A stretch of DNA of 64,000 bases, taken from contig OX597828.1 of assembly GCA_951406725.2 (NCBI GenBank), positions 7,068,001 to 7,132,000 of the forward strand. Reading direction: 5' to 3'. This stretch comes from Octopus vulgaris (taxonomy: Eukaryota). This document shows, piece by piece, positions 1 through 11,559 of this stretch. The notes under the pieces are model-generated. The model was given only the letters and a program-made list of their open reading frames with translations. It searched no databases and was not told the origin of the DNA. The position numbers and the translations under genes are program-made. Numbering within the stretch: the stretch's first letter is position 1; each line of letters begins with the position of its first letter.

Positions 1-830
1 AGTGTGTAACTAGTCTTCATGTTTAGTTTCAGTAAGGTTTTGGTTTTAAAAACAAAGCTTAGGCCTTATACACCAAGTAATTGTCATACTGTAACAGAAT
101 ACTGAAAATCTGGAAGACCACATTACAACACTAAACCAAGAGACTTGTTCACAATATTTCTTTTAAAACATTACCATTGAATGAATATTTACAGATAAAT
201 CCTAATGAACAAATTGCAAATGACAAAATGTTTTTATTTGTGGAAATGCAGCTTCACTGATATTTTTGACAAGATGTACAGACTGAATCTGCAACTGCAA
301 GGGAAAGATTTTAATCTAACTGATGTGAAGACTGCACTCAAAAGCTTTATAAATAAAATTAAATTCCACAAGCAAAACCATGACAGAAGATAGCTCTGTC
401 AATTCTTGTTTATGAAATGCATTTCACAATTCTTTACATATGATAATCTAAGTACCTGCAGTGCACATCTACAATATAAGAATGAGCCAAGAATTAATGA
501 CTTGACTAAACTGAGGATTCCTGACTGAAGAAGAAAAGTTCATTTGTGGACAAAACAGAAGATGAAAAAATTACATTACAGGAGACCATCAGTGAGAAAA
601 TGGTAAGTGAAGTAAAAATGCATGAAATGCAGTTGCAATGCAACATGAAATTTCCTCCATGTAATGAAGCCATGCTAGGTATTGTTTTTCCATTATCTTA
701 TCAAGAGAAGAAAGATTTTAGCTAAGTAACCTAAATTTTAACCAAGAATGTCAATGTAAGTAGTGCAACAGAGATTTACAACTTTACCAATGGTGGAACC
801 ATATACAAGACATGCTTACTCATCATTGGC
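1..830 (+). mobile_element. Decayed hAT (Charlie/Buster-like) transposase remnant
   Basis: ORF 205-393 (TDIFDKMYRLNLQLQGKDFNLTDVKTALKSFINKIKFHKQN) resembles the Buster/SCAND3-type DIF..LN.LN.QLQG motif. Downstream frames give INDLTKLRIPD* and IVFPLSYQEKKDFS (cf. FPTSYLVE.GFS in the dimerisation domain). Stops and frameshifts are present. Confidence 0.7.
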
Positions 831-1019
831 TCTGCTATAGAAAACCTTTCGTGACTATGCATCTCTAGAAATGCTTTTAATTAAAGTTAAAAAAAAAACA
901 AAAAAACCCCTGATGTTTGAAGTAATGTGAAATTTTCATTTGGATCAATTTAAATCAGGCAGTTTGTACCACAGAATCATTCTAACCAACAATTTGTGCC
1001 AATTACATTTTGAGGTCCA

Positions 1020-1355
1020 GATGTGGTTGTGCAGTTAAATTTACATTCTGACAAGGTTTTGGGTTCAGTCCCACTGTGTGGTACCTTGGGCAACTGTCAA
1101 TCTTTTGAGGGGATTTGTAGACAGAAAGTGAAAGCTTGTGTTTGCGTACATTCATGTACATGTCCTTGTGACAGCACGATAGTTGGGCAATGTCATTCAT
1201 TTCTAGTATTCAACAAAACCATGTCTGGCCATAGGGAAATATTACCTTGCTTGGAAACAAAGGACGGTGGCTGGAAGGGAATTTACAAAAAAAATCTTGC
1301 CTCAAACTCCATCTGACTGATGCAATAGAAAAGTAGGCATTAGACAATGATGAAA
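1020..1355 (+). mobile_element. Composite SINE: tRNA head, CORE-like segment and Meta-like/RTE-type tail (degenerate)
   Basis: Head GGGTTCAGTCCCACTGTGTGGTACCTTGGGCAA is shared with the 29405 family. The 3' part (...GGTGGCTGGAAGGGAAT...GGCATTAGACAATGATGA) resembles the 9922 family. Confidence 0.6.
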
Positions 1356-2041
1356 ACTATAGTAGACTTCATTTCAATCATTACATAAAAGATGGGGAGG
1401 GCAGTAGTGTGTGCTTCAGATGGGACTGGCAACGGAAAGATTGGGTAACACTAGAATATTCTGCATAACATACCCTACAGATATTTCTAGCTATTAACTG
1501 AAAAGTAGATAGAAATATGGGAGGGGCATCTAGTTAATCCAGAATTTCCTTACACTAGAGCTGATAAGGCAATCATTTTTTTTAAATACTAGTGTTCTAT
1601 TACCAAAACAAACTCCTACACAAAAGTGATTAAATATCTTAAAACCCTATTAGCTTACTCACCATCACTTTACATCTCAGTAGGAGATTACTATGTATAT
1701 TATGTGTATTAGTAGTTTTAAATACTAATAAAATAGCCAACATCTAACACATTAGAAATTTAACTTTAATACAAAATGTTTTTAGAGAAACATAATTGCT
1801 ATAGTTTAATGAATGTAGTTTTATTATATTTGAATTAGTCTCAAATGGATTATGCTTATGACTATTTGATGTCCTATTATATTTATAGTTACTACATCAA
1901 GCTAAGCTGTGTGCTGTCCAGTTATGCTAAGTTAGCAAGGGCGAGATGCTCTAGGTAAATCTGAAGATTGTTTTAGCAACTGAGGTTATAAAACGGATGC
2001 TATTCACATGAATGGTTAGGGGAGGGAAGGAGTTGAGAGAA

Positions 2042-2072
<31 letters not shown>

Positions 2073-4129
2073 CACAAAAAACAGATGGTCACATGATCAA
2101 ATTTTCTAAGAGCGCATCTGTTTGCCCACAAACAGACTAAATTATGTCAAGACAAATTATGTGGCAAGTACTCCTTTAACCCTGATACCATTGTGTACTT
2201 GCTTAAAATATAAAATTGAAACAGCTTTGGCATTTAGAGCCAACATAACTTTCTATGACAAAGCTTGGAAAAAGAATCTAGATAGAAAGTTCTGAACATC
2301 CAAGAACATAAGCCTAAAATTCATAAACTATAGCAGTTGAAATTTTATGAGAACATTTGTCAGCAAGCTTTCCAATACTCACTACAAATTTAATTTGTTT
2401 AGCCCCAGGTCAGCTTTAACTAAGCAATTCAATCATTCTAGTTATGACCATCCTGTCTTATACTGTAACTCAGACTTCATAACCCATTGTCATTTAAGAC
2501 GTTATCTAAAGGAAACTAAGCTGTTATTACCAAGAGTCAAGGAACCACATTGCTTTGCCTACACATAGTTCTTGGCAGTATATTTCTCCCACACATAGCT
2601 TGCATTAATGACTGGTTCAATACTACCCACCACCAGAGGCTGTTACTTCCTCACTATTTACATAACTTCACTAACTAAATAACTCAACTGCTGGACATGA
2701 AAAAGAGATCTTGAAAACCTAAGAAATGCAGATTGTTTGTACACACAATATCAAAACAATGCAGCCACAAATACCAAATAACTAAAACCATCACACTTCC
2801 AACAAATATTGATGACTTTTCATGATGGCAATAACATTTTTCCCATAGCCAGGCACTGTATTACAAAGGATGTGTTTTATTATTCAAAGCTTCAAAATAG
2901 TTCTACTTTCATGCATTTTTTTAAATTCTATACACTAACCACACTCAAATACCTCTCTCACACACACACACACACCTGAGATTTCTTCAGTGTAGACAAC
3001 TATCAGAAACCACATCAAACCATACAAAGTGAAATACCAGAACAAACTATTTTAAGATCTTCCCCCAGTGTAACACACAAGATAAGCTGAAAGCAGTGTG
3101 TAAAAGTGCAGAAAATGTTGCCAGTAGCTGTGCATAGTCCAATGAGGAATAAGCCTAAGTTTTCCATAAGAGTAGGAAGACTACAGAACTAGAATGTATA
3201 GAAAAGTTTCAGAATACTGGTGTGGCAAACTGTTGCCAAAGAGTACCAAAAACTGGAAAGACAGTCAGCATCATTGGCAACAAACCACTTGAAATGGTTA
3301 TATAACATTAAATATTACTAGTTTAACCACTGACTGTGAATATTCAAATATGATTTATTTTAAGCTTTAATACTTGTCTCAGATTACCACATGTTCCAAA
3401 GATTGCAATGTACCCCAGCGAGGCAGACAGATTTATCCAAGACAAGATATTTAAAAGAATCTGTAGTGAGATAGCAAGGTTATATATGTTTTGTGTTTAC
3501 AGGCAGAATGAGAGACAATGGATATCACATTCGAAAGCACATTAGAATCAGAGTTATGAAACATAAGAGATTACGTGTTAAAACCATTTTACTAAGAGTC
3601 AACATGACAGTACAAAATTACAAATACTTCAAATTTAGGAACAAAAATTCTTAACTTCCCCTTGAAAATATTGAAATATGAAGATCCTACCCAAGATAAT
3701 TTTGAATTTAAAAAGAAAAAAAAAAACCAAATGCACAAAGCAATGCTTCCTCTTTAGAGGAATCGAAATTACATTAAAAAAGATTTTACTAAAAATGCAG
3801 TTATATATGCCAAATGACAATCTATATTCAAACTTGTGAAAATTAGTGAGGGTTTTCCTCTTAGTTTTGAGGGCAAGAAATTCCAATTTTAATAATATCA
3901 AGTCTAAGTTGTGAAGGCAGCCAATAATATAATGGTATATATGGTCTTGCATGTAGATAACCCATAATGAAAAACAGCCATATAAGAGAAAGCAATGTAC
4001 CAACAATAAGCACAACATGAATTCACACACACATGGGAATCCTATAACTTCTACAAACTGGGGAGAAACCAGTAATCAGCCGTGAAACAAAAGAAAAAAA
4101 AAGTATGGTAACTAACAAGTCAAGAGAGA

Positions 4130-4290
4130 TGTCTTGGTTAAGTTGATAATGCTATTATCTGGTTTGAGTTCAATTCTACTGCATGGCATTTGGGTTGAGC
4201 AAATATCTAGCAGAGCTTCTTGTGGACTAATACTTAGTGACTGAGATTGAAGAGACAAAACTATCTGGGAGCCAGTTTGTGTGTGTATGT
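4130..4290 (+). mobile_element. Degenerate tRNA/CORE-like SINE, 5' half
   Basis: TGGTTAAG...GAGTTCAATTCTACTGCATGGCA...GAGCAAATATCT aligns loosely with the 29405 copy. Confidence 0.45.
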
Positions 4291-4921
4291 CCTATCAATG
4301 TATTTCTAAAGATAGAGAGGGGAGGAAACTAAATAACCAGTACTTTAAAGGAAAAGTTCCTCAAGTTACATTAGCAACAGACACCACCTTGTCATTGTGT
4401 GTTAGAGATACAGTGAAACGGTGACTGGGCCATTGGAAACCTGAAACTAATGATGTTACACTTCACAAACTATGATATAAAATATGTCATTTGACAACAA
4501 GTATATTATTTGGAGATTAGTTTACAAAAACAAATTTCTGTAATATAAGCCTGTATGCATGGCAAGGTTTCACCACTTATCCATACAATATCAACTCAAA
4601 CTAGATTCTAACATCCCATTAAGAATATACTCTTTCCCACAGACCAACAGTGCATTTGTCACTTCATTCATCTTCTCATTAAACTCTCTAAAGTGTGTGC
4701 TTGCTGTGAAATACAGACCAGCAAAAAGACCAAAACTTGGCAGTGGTTATAGTCCAAGGGCACAGCAATTTTACATCTACTTCAGCTGATCCTTGAAATA
4801 GAAGGGAGAAAATTGAATATTTCACAGTACGAAACTCAGTTCCATATTCTAGAATCCATTCTAAGCGATATATGTTAACCTATCTGAAATGTGCTGCTGG
4901 GAAGTTTTTCTGCACCCTTCC

Positions 4922-5315
4922 TTAAACCTTTAGCATTTGGATTGTCTAATGTAATCCGTATTTACTCACATTGCTTTGAATTTATCTCATAGCTTTGCAA
5001 TTGATGTGATTTATTTTTAGAATGACATTCTAGGGCAGTGGTTCCCAAACTTTTTAGAGTCGTGACCCACTATTTATCACACCAGTTTATGATGACCCAC
5101 TTAACTACTGTATCTCGATAGACAGCAGTTAAAGCTAATGCGTAATTTTTTAAAAACTTTTTGCGACCCACTAAGATTCCGTTTGCGACCCACAGATGGG
5201 TCGCGACTCATAGTTTGGGAACCACTGTTCTAAGGTAGTAGTGAGGCTGGATATGGCCAATTTGAACCTAAAATATTTCAGCCGTATATGGCTGGTTGAA
5301 ATGCTAAATGGTCAA
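4922..5315 (+). mobile_element. piggyBac-like MITE interrupted by a hAT MITE
   Basis: Ends TTAAACCTTTAGCATT ... AATGCTAAATGGTCAA. The internal sequence matches the 7952 and 33647 copies. Confidence 0.65.
5036..5227. mobile_element. Non-autonomous hAT (Charlie-type) MITE, 192 bp
   Basis: Perfect 16-bp TIRs CAGTGGTTCCCAAACT / AGTTTGGGAACCACTG. 8-bp TSD TTCTAGGG (5028-5035) / TTCTAAGG (5228-5235) with central TA. Repeated internal GACCCAC motifs. Confidence 0.92.
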
Positions 5316-6165
5316 TTCAGTATTAAATGCAGATACTTTCCCTAAATTTATGTTCTTGAGCAGATGGAACAGATTGTGTGAAAGTAGTTTCATAGTCCTG
5401 ACATATGTATGTCTGTTGTAAAGCCTCAACGGCATTGGAAGTACTATGAGAAACTCAGATATTCAGTGCTGTGTCTGTACCTGCCAAATACTAAGCTAGC
5501 TTCTTTCTGTATTACTCTTTTCACATGCACATGTGAACACATTCACACAAAAAAATTAATGAGCTATGCATTTAACACAATGCAAGCATCTGGTGTTATT
5601 TGTGTGTGCGAGTTCATAAATGTTAAGAAAACTACCAAACACCGGCTAGTGTTTACTTTATGTCACAAGGTTAGACAGGTGATGAGTCATTTAAGGTCTA
5701 CAGACAAAAACTTAAAAAGAAAAAAAGACTACAGTTTCTTTGTGAATGTCACCAGCTGCTGATTATGATTAGAACTGGCATGACAGCTGAGGGTAGAGAA
5801 AAGTTTCAATAAAATGAAGTTTAAATTTACCATAAAAAAACCCCCCCAATCCTAATGTGGTAACTATTTAGCAGTGACCTCATTAAAACTAGATGTAGCA
5901 AGCCATTAACAATTGTTAAACAGACAGTAATTTAATAATATGAAACCCAAAAAAACTGCTTCACTATGAATGACCCTCTTTCATAAAATGAACTTAACTG
6001 TAAACAAAAGCTTGTTCAAAATAGTAATTGCATAAGTTTGGTAGTTACACCTTGATGTTTACTGCATAGGACTCCAAATAAATAGAAAAAAGGTAACTAG
6101 AAGACTTCAATATTTACTAAAAATCATTTTTAGAGCAAACTAAAAGTTACATATTAGGGATTAAA

Positions 6166-6230
<65 letters not shown>

Positions 6231-6552
6231 CCTATTATAATATACACTAACCATATATAAGTGTCAGAACTGGTATATTTGAATGTTAATGGCCTTTTCT
6301 AACGAACCAGCAAGCAGCTAGTCTCAATAATAGGCTGTACATCTAACAAATGTACAAACACATTATCCTTACACTTTTCTGCACTACAGACCATCAGGTA
6401 AAAATGCTTTAGCCATAGCAGTTGGTGGGATACACAATAGATCATCTATATCATATTTGAAAAGAAAATGAACATGTAAGTGCTAAATCAATTTTGCTGT
6501 TAGATCTGACATCATTGCAGTAGATATATTACATAATGTTTTAAGAATATTT

Positions 6553-6587
<35 letters not shown>

Positions 6588-6592
<5 letters not shown>

Positions 6593-6776
6593 ATCCAAAC
6601 AAGAAAGCACAAAAAAAACAACAATGCGAGGTCGTGGAACAAATATAGTATTATTGGACGCTCAGGAAAGAAGGAGGGTTTAACGTTTCGAGCGGAGTTC
6701 TTCGTCGGAAACATAGAAAGATCCAGAGGGAAAAAAAAAAAAAAAGAAAAAACGCCAACTGTACACACGAGGTCAC
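6588..6776 (-). mobile_element. Penelope-like element terminal fragment inserted in (TA)n
   Basis: CpG-rich, young-looking segment between (TA)n tracts. It carries the minus-strand motif CCGACGAAG..CTCGAAACGTT typical of Penelope pseudo-LTR hammerheads. Confidence 0.6.
6678..6712 (-). ncRNA. Minimal type I hammerhead ribozyme-like motif (U4C core variant)
   Basis: Minus strand reads GUUU-CCGACGA-A-GAA CUCCG CUC-GAAA-CG-UU-AAAC. Stem I is GUUU/AAAC, the core is C(C)GANGA...GAAA, stem III is the palindromic ACGU, and the cleavage triplet is GUU. Stem II has one A-C mismatch. Confidence 0.55.
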
Positions 6777-6844
6777 GTGGGCATTCGGTGTAGTTGAGAT
6801 ATATATATATATATATATATATAGCAACTACACCGAATGCCCAC
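6777..6844. repeat. Perfect 20-bp inverted repeat with an (AT)n spacer
   Basis: GTGGGCATTCGGTGTAGTTG (6777-6796) is the exact reverse complement of CAACTACACCGAATGCCCAC (6825-6844). Confidence 0.95.
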
Positions 6845-7951
6845 CTTTTCTTGGAAGGAAGAACCGCAAGTTGTAAACAAGAATTTTGTTAGCAAGTAAA
6901 CCAGTTCACAAAAATATTGATCATTTACAATACCAACAATCAAATCTTATTAGGAACTAGCTCTTGTTAAATGGGCCAGATTTAAATAGCATGATAAAAG
7001 GGATGCCACAATCACTGACTTGAAAGAAGAATGGGAAACTTAACATTATTTCAAAAAATTAATAATTTCTATTTCAAACTAAGACCATTTACTTTTTTTC
7101 AATGTGGACTTTAAAGAGCTAATTTCAAAAATAAACCCAACAACAAAATATGCACATTCTATTAAGTGAAAGAATTGAATCTTACTTCCTCACTAAAATA
7201 ATTGAAGACAAAGAACAAAGGCATGACTAAAACCATGAGTATATAAACTAAATATTTAAATAATTAATGAAGTCAAGCAGAAATGCCAGGTACAAAGGTG
7301 AGAATGTCAAAGGGAGGTCTCCCACACACACTTTAGTCTTGGTCACCAAGTGCAACAGATAAGCAGAGAGATAAGTAGTAATCAAAAAAGGGCATTAGTA
7401 ACACTCTAGTAACTTGTTGGTTATGGTAGTCATTCATTTGTGTAGGAAAGTGTTTATTTTTTGTTTTGTTTTGTTTGTTTTTTTTTCATCAATTTTAGAC
7501 TTTGCATATTGTTTAAAGCTTATTTTTAATTTTACAACTGGATGCTTCACACTTGCTTTAATTGCTTAAATTTGGAATAGGAGTGCTAACAGTTGCCATA
7601 CTGGCATAATTTAATCAGGTTTTCTTTTGTCAAGGAAGTATTCAAAGCAGATGGGATTGTTTATATCTTGTCACTAGGCTACTAGGAGTGGGATATTATT
7701 TTGGTAGTATTTTATTTTAGCCATTCAAGAGAGAGAGAGGAAACACTTGTAATACCATCATATCCAGGGATTAATTTATCTGAACAACTAAATGGAGGCA
7801 AGCATGAATTACAAGAATCTTCCTATATAAGTACAAATCATTACAGATGTGAGCCAAGGAAGCCATTCCATGGTTGCTTGGTCTGCTAGAAATACTAGGT
7901 AAATCTCTCAAATCATAACCTATAATCATAATAGGATTCTGGGATCACTAT

Positions 7952-8151
7952 TTAACCCTTTAGCATTCAGATTCTTTTATCACATGTAATGCTTATTACC
8001 ATTACATTATATTGCAGTTTTAAAACTAAGTGATGTTTATTTTTAGAATGACATTGTAGGGTAGATGTGAGAGGCCAGATCTGGCCAGCTTGAACATAAA
8101 ACGAGTAGAATATTTGGGCCAAGTGTTGCAGGTTCAAATGCTAATGGCTAA
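7952..8151 (+). mobile_element. piggyBac-like MITE (~200 bp)
   Basis: TTAA-CCCTTTAGCATT left end and AATGCTAATGG-CTAA right end. The family recurs about seven times in the window. Confidence 0.75.
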
Positions 8152-8499
8152 GGAAGAAAAGAAGACTGACAGAAGCCTCTGACCTTAGATTTACTTTATC
8201 ATGGCTAGTAATATTAGCAGCAAGACTTGCTTCAGTCAACATAAACCTGATCAGCACACTGAACTTCACAACCATTCTAATGCTACAACAGGTGAGACAA
8301 AGCAAATCAAATGAAAATTTCATAATTCCTTCCCCAGCAAGAGGTGGGGGTGTTTGATAAATGCTGATGGTGTTTATAACAGCTGCTGTAAAGTAAAATG
8401 TTTAGCAGTATTTCATTCCATTTTGAATTATGTCCCTTGAAAGTGTAGCATGGTCGCTGTCTCATGTCTGAAACCAGTAATAAGTGAATACTCCAAATC

Positions 8500-8665
8500 T
8501 AATGTTTTTCAAACACCCACTACACTCTTGGAGCAGTTGATATTAAGGGCATCCAACTGCAATAAGCCAAAATCAGGATGGAACCTGGAACAGCTCACTG
8601 GCTTACCAGTTCCAGTAAAACCATTCAATCCATACCAGCATGGAAAACAGACACTGATGATGATA
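8500..8665 (+). mobile_element. Meta-like/RTE-tail SINE, 3' fragment
   Basis: AAGGGCATCCAACTG...CCAGCATGGAAAACAGACACTGATGATGAT matches the reverse complement of the 9922 copy. Confidence 0.6.
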
Positions 8666-9175
8666 CTGAAAAATAATGCTACTGGAAAAGTGCTACTGGA
8701 AAAGAGTAGGCTGTGCTGGTAATGTCTTTCTCAAGAACAGAGGTATAATGGATTTGAAATTTCTTTCCAGGATGAACTGATAAGCTGTGGCTTTTAATTC
8801 ACTAGAGGCTTTACTGATGAGATGCATTCCGATTGAGATCAGCTGTTTTCTAATGGAAAAAAAATCTAGGTGTGTAGCACAGAAAACTAACAATTTAGAA
8901 ATGGTGAATGAGATTAAGTATTGACATGTTATTGCCACACACATGGTAATACAGATATAAAAGGGAGCAACTAATTGCATGTTCTCATACGTCATAACTG
9001 TAGAAGTACCCCTAGAGTAAAGCATAGGTTTGTCAGTTCCATTACTGTTAAAAACAGAAAGGAGTATAAAAGGAAAAACTTAATGTACCAAAAACACAAA
9101 AATCCCATTCACAACTGTATGCATAAACATACATAGACAGAAATACAACAGAGAATAACATTTTGAAAAAAATAA

Positions 9176-9335
9176 GCTGACAGAATTGTTAGCATTTCGT
9201 CCTTTGTTACATTCAGAGTTCAAAAATTGCCCCAGTCAAGTTCCTTTCAGGGTTGGTACCTGTTGAGAACTGGGATTGATGTAATTGACAAGCCCTACTC
9301 CCACAAAATTTCAGGCCTGTAGTAGAAAGGATTGT
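9176..9335 (+). mobile_element. Deu/Nin-domain-like SINE (degenerate)
   Basis: GCTGACAGAATTGTTAGCA...GAGTTCAAA...GTACCTGTTGAGAACTGGG...AAATTTCAGGCC parallels the 10425 copy. Confidence 0.55.
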
Positions 9336-9921
9336 GTGTGTGAATGTGTGTCCTGCAAACTTTGGACAATTTTTATAATATATATAAAAAAAAAAAAAAT
9401 TACATTCCAGATCAAAACCAGGCTGCATGATGTCAATACCCGCTTTACAAAAACTCATGCTACTGGATTTAACTTTTACAAAGACACTGTATTAGCCTTA
9501 TGGAAGATAACTGGGACAAGACTGCCAAATAGAAGTGAAGGCAGTAGCGTAAAATAAATGACAAGGGATCACTTTGGACATTAAGATATGTTTTACAGAT
9601 GTTTGAAGCTATATTGTAAAAACTTAAAAGCTTGCAATCTCTACAACATGTAAGAAAAAAAAACCATGTCAAACGCTCAAGCAGCTATTCCCTTAACTGC
9701 CATGGCTTTTATTATTTTCACAGATTTGTTAGAATATGGAATGACTGAGTATGCATGGATCAGTGATCAGACCAGACATATTGTGCCATACTAGTCACTT
9801 AAGTGACATCTTAAATATTTCTTATAAGCACAGACATGTCAATCCAATAATTATTCCTGAAAGTAGCTAAATATCACTAAAGTTATATCCTATTAAAATA
9901 GATTTATTTCCTAGTTCCAGA

Positions 9922-10064
9922 TCATCATCATCATCGTTTAACGTCCGTTTTCCGCGCTAGCACGGGTTGGACGGTTCGACCAGGGTCTGGGAAGCCAGGG
10001 GCTGCACCAGGCTCCAGTCTGATCTGGCAGTGTTTCTACAGCTGGATGCCCTTCCTAACGCCAA
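9922..10064 (-). mobile_element. Young 5'-truncated SINE or non-LTR element 3' end (Meta-like domain, (GAT)n tail)
   Basis: Minus strand TTGGCGTTAGGAAGGGCATCCAGCTGTAGAAAC...GGAAAACGGACGTTAAACGATGATGATGATG with CpGs intact. A highly similar copy is at 52524. Confidence 0.8.
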
Positions 10065-10424
10065 AGGAAGGATATACATTATAAAAAAAAATTCTTTAAA
10101 TTAAAGCAAGCAGAAAAGATGGTCATATGAGGAACCTATTTGATAACTTTGTTCAATCAAAGAAAACTTGGAATTAAAATGACAGCAACTTCCACTGAAA
10201 TGTTTTGTAAATTTCTTGAAGACTGAAATTTAAATATTTAAAAACTGCTAATCCTGGGTCGTAATTCCAGTCCACTGTTTAATATTCTTTGACTTGCTCA
10301 TATCATTTCACGAAGATTATAACTTCAACCAAAATGTTCAATAGCAATGTATTTGTTTGATTATAATAAACGTATGCATACTTCCAATAGAAGTTACTAT
10401 ACACTTATTCCTAACAATACTATA

Positions 10425-10612
10425 AGGCAGTGAGTGGGCAGAATGCTTAGCAGTATTTTGTCCAGTTTTTACATTTTCAGTTCAAATGTAGCTGAGGTCA
10501 ACTGCCTTTCATCCTTAAAGGTTCAGTAAGGTACCAGTTGAGTACTGGGGCCCATGTAATCAACTTACCCCTAGTCCTGAAATTGCTGGCCTTGTGCCAA
10601 AATCTGAAACCA
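10425..10612 (+). mobile_element. tRNA-derived SINE with Deu/Nin-like domain
   Basis: Head GGCAGTGAGTGGGCAGAAT, B-box-like GTTCAAAT, and GAGGTCAACTGCCTTTCATCC...GTACCAGTTGAGTACTGGGG resembling the Deu/Nin core. Confidence 0.7.
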
Positions 10613-11559
10613 GTATTTCTAAAATTACTAACTTGGAAGTCAGTATGGAAGTTAGTTTAGAGTTTGAGAATATAAATATAAAAAGACAAGGGAACCAGTG
10701 GCTCTGATGGCAGACAATAGACTTCTGAAACAGCAAGAAAATGAATGGATTTCTGACTGAATGAATGAAGCAGGGAAAGTGGGATGAGGATGATAAAAGA
10801 AAATCAGGGGCATTCCTCCTACTCCACCTCCTACAAGTGCCACCTGCCCTTTCCTAGTAGCTTGTTATGAAGGTGAGGAGTGAGATATGGAGAGATGAAG
10901 GGGGGGGGATAGGAGGGGGGGGGGGAGAAATCTGAAGTGAGAGGAAAGCCTTACTGCTAAGTAGCAGATCTAAGGATCTCAGTCCTACTCCCCTGTTGCT
11001 GGAGGAGGTGGCAATCACTGAGTAATGCATTACACACACACACACACACACATTTGTGTTTGAATTCAACTGGTTTCATAAAAGCAATTTAGCTTAATTG
11101 ATAAGTTCTTGTCATTAACTGCCTTCATTCAAAATGAGGGGGGGGGGGCAAGAAGATTGACAGGTAGTTAACTCTATTAGCCCACTACCTAAAATAGTTG
11201 GTAGAATTGCCATGGCAACAAAGAATAAGGCAGAAGGTAGAAATAGAAAAACCATTGACATTTTACTCTCAATGAAGTCATTCATATTCTAACAATTGTT
11301 TTTCATTTTTTTTCTTTTTTACTATGCTTGATAAAATAGAATTGAAAGAAAATATTATTGCCAAAGAACACAGCATAAGAAAATACAGACCCAATAACAA
11401 TTTCTAATAGAAAAGATCAGAAATAAGGAAATAGTTGTTCAGTCTAGACAAGCCCTTTATCAAAATAGGGATGAAGGACAAAATTTGAGCTCAGTTCAAT
11501 GTGGTCTCTGGAACATATACAGTAAGGCATTTTTGACCTGATCTTATAATTCTAATTCA

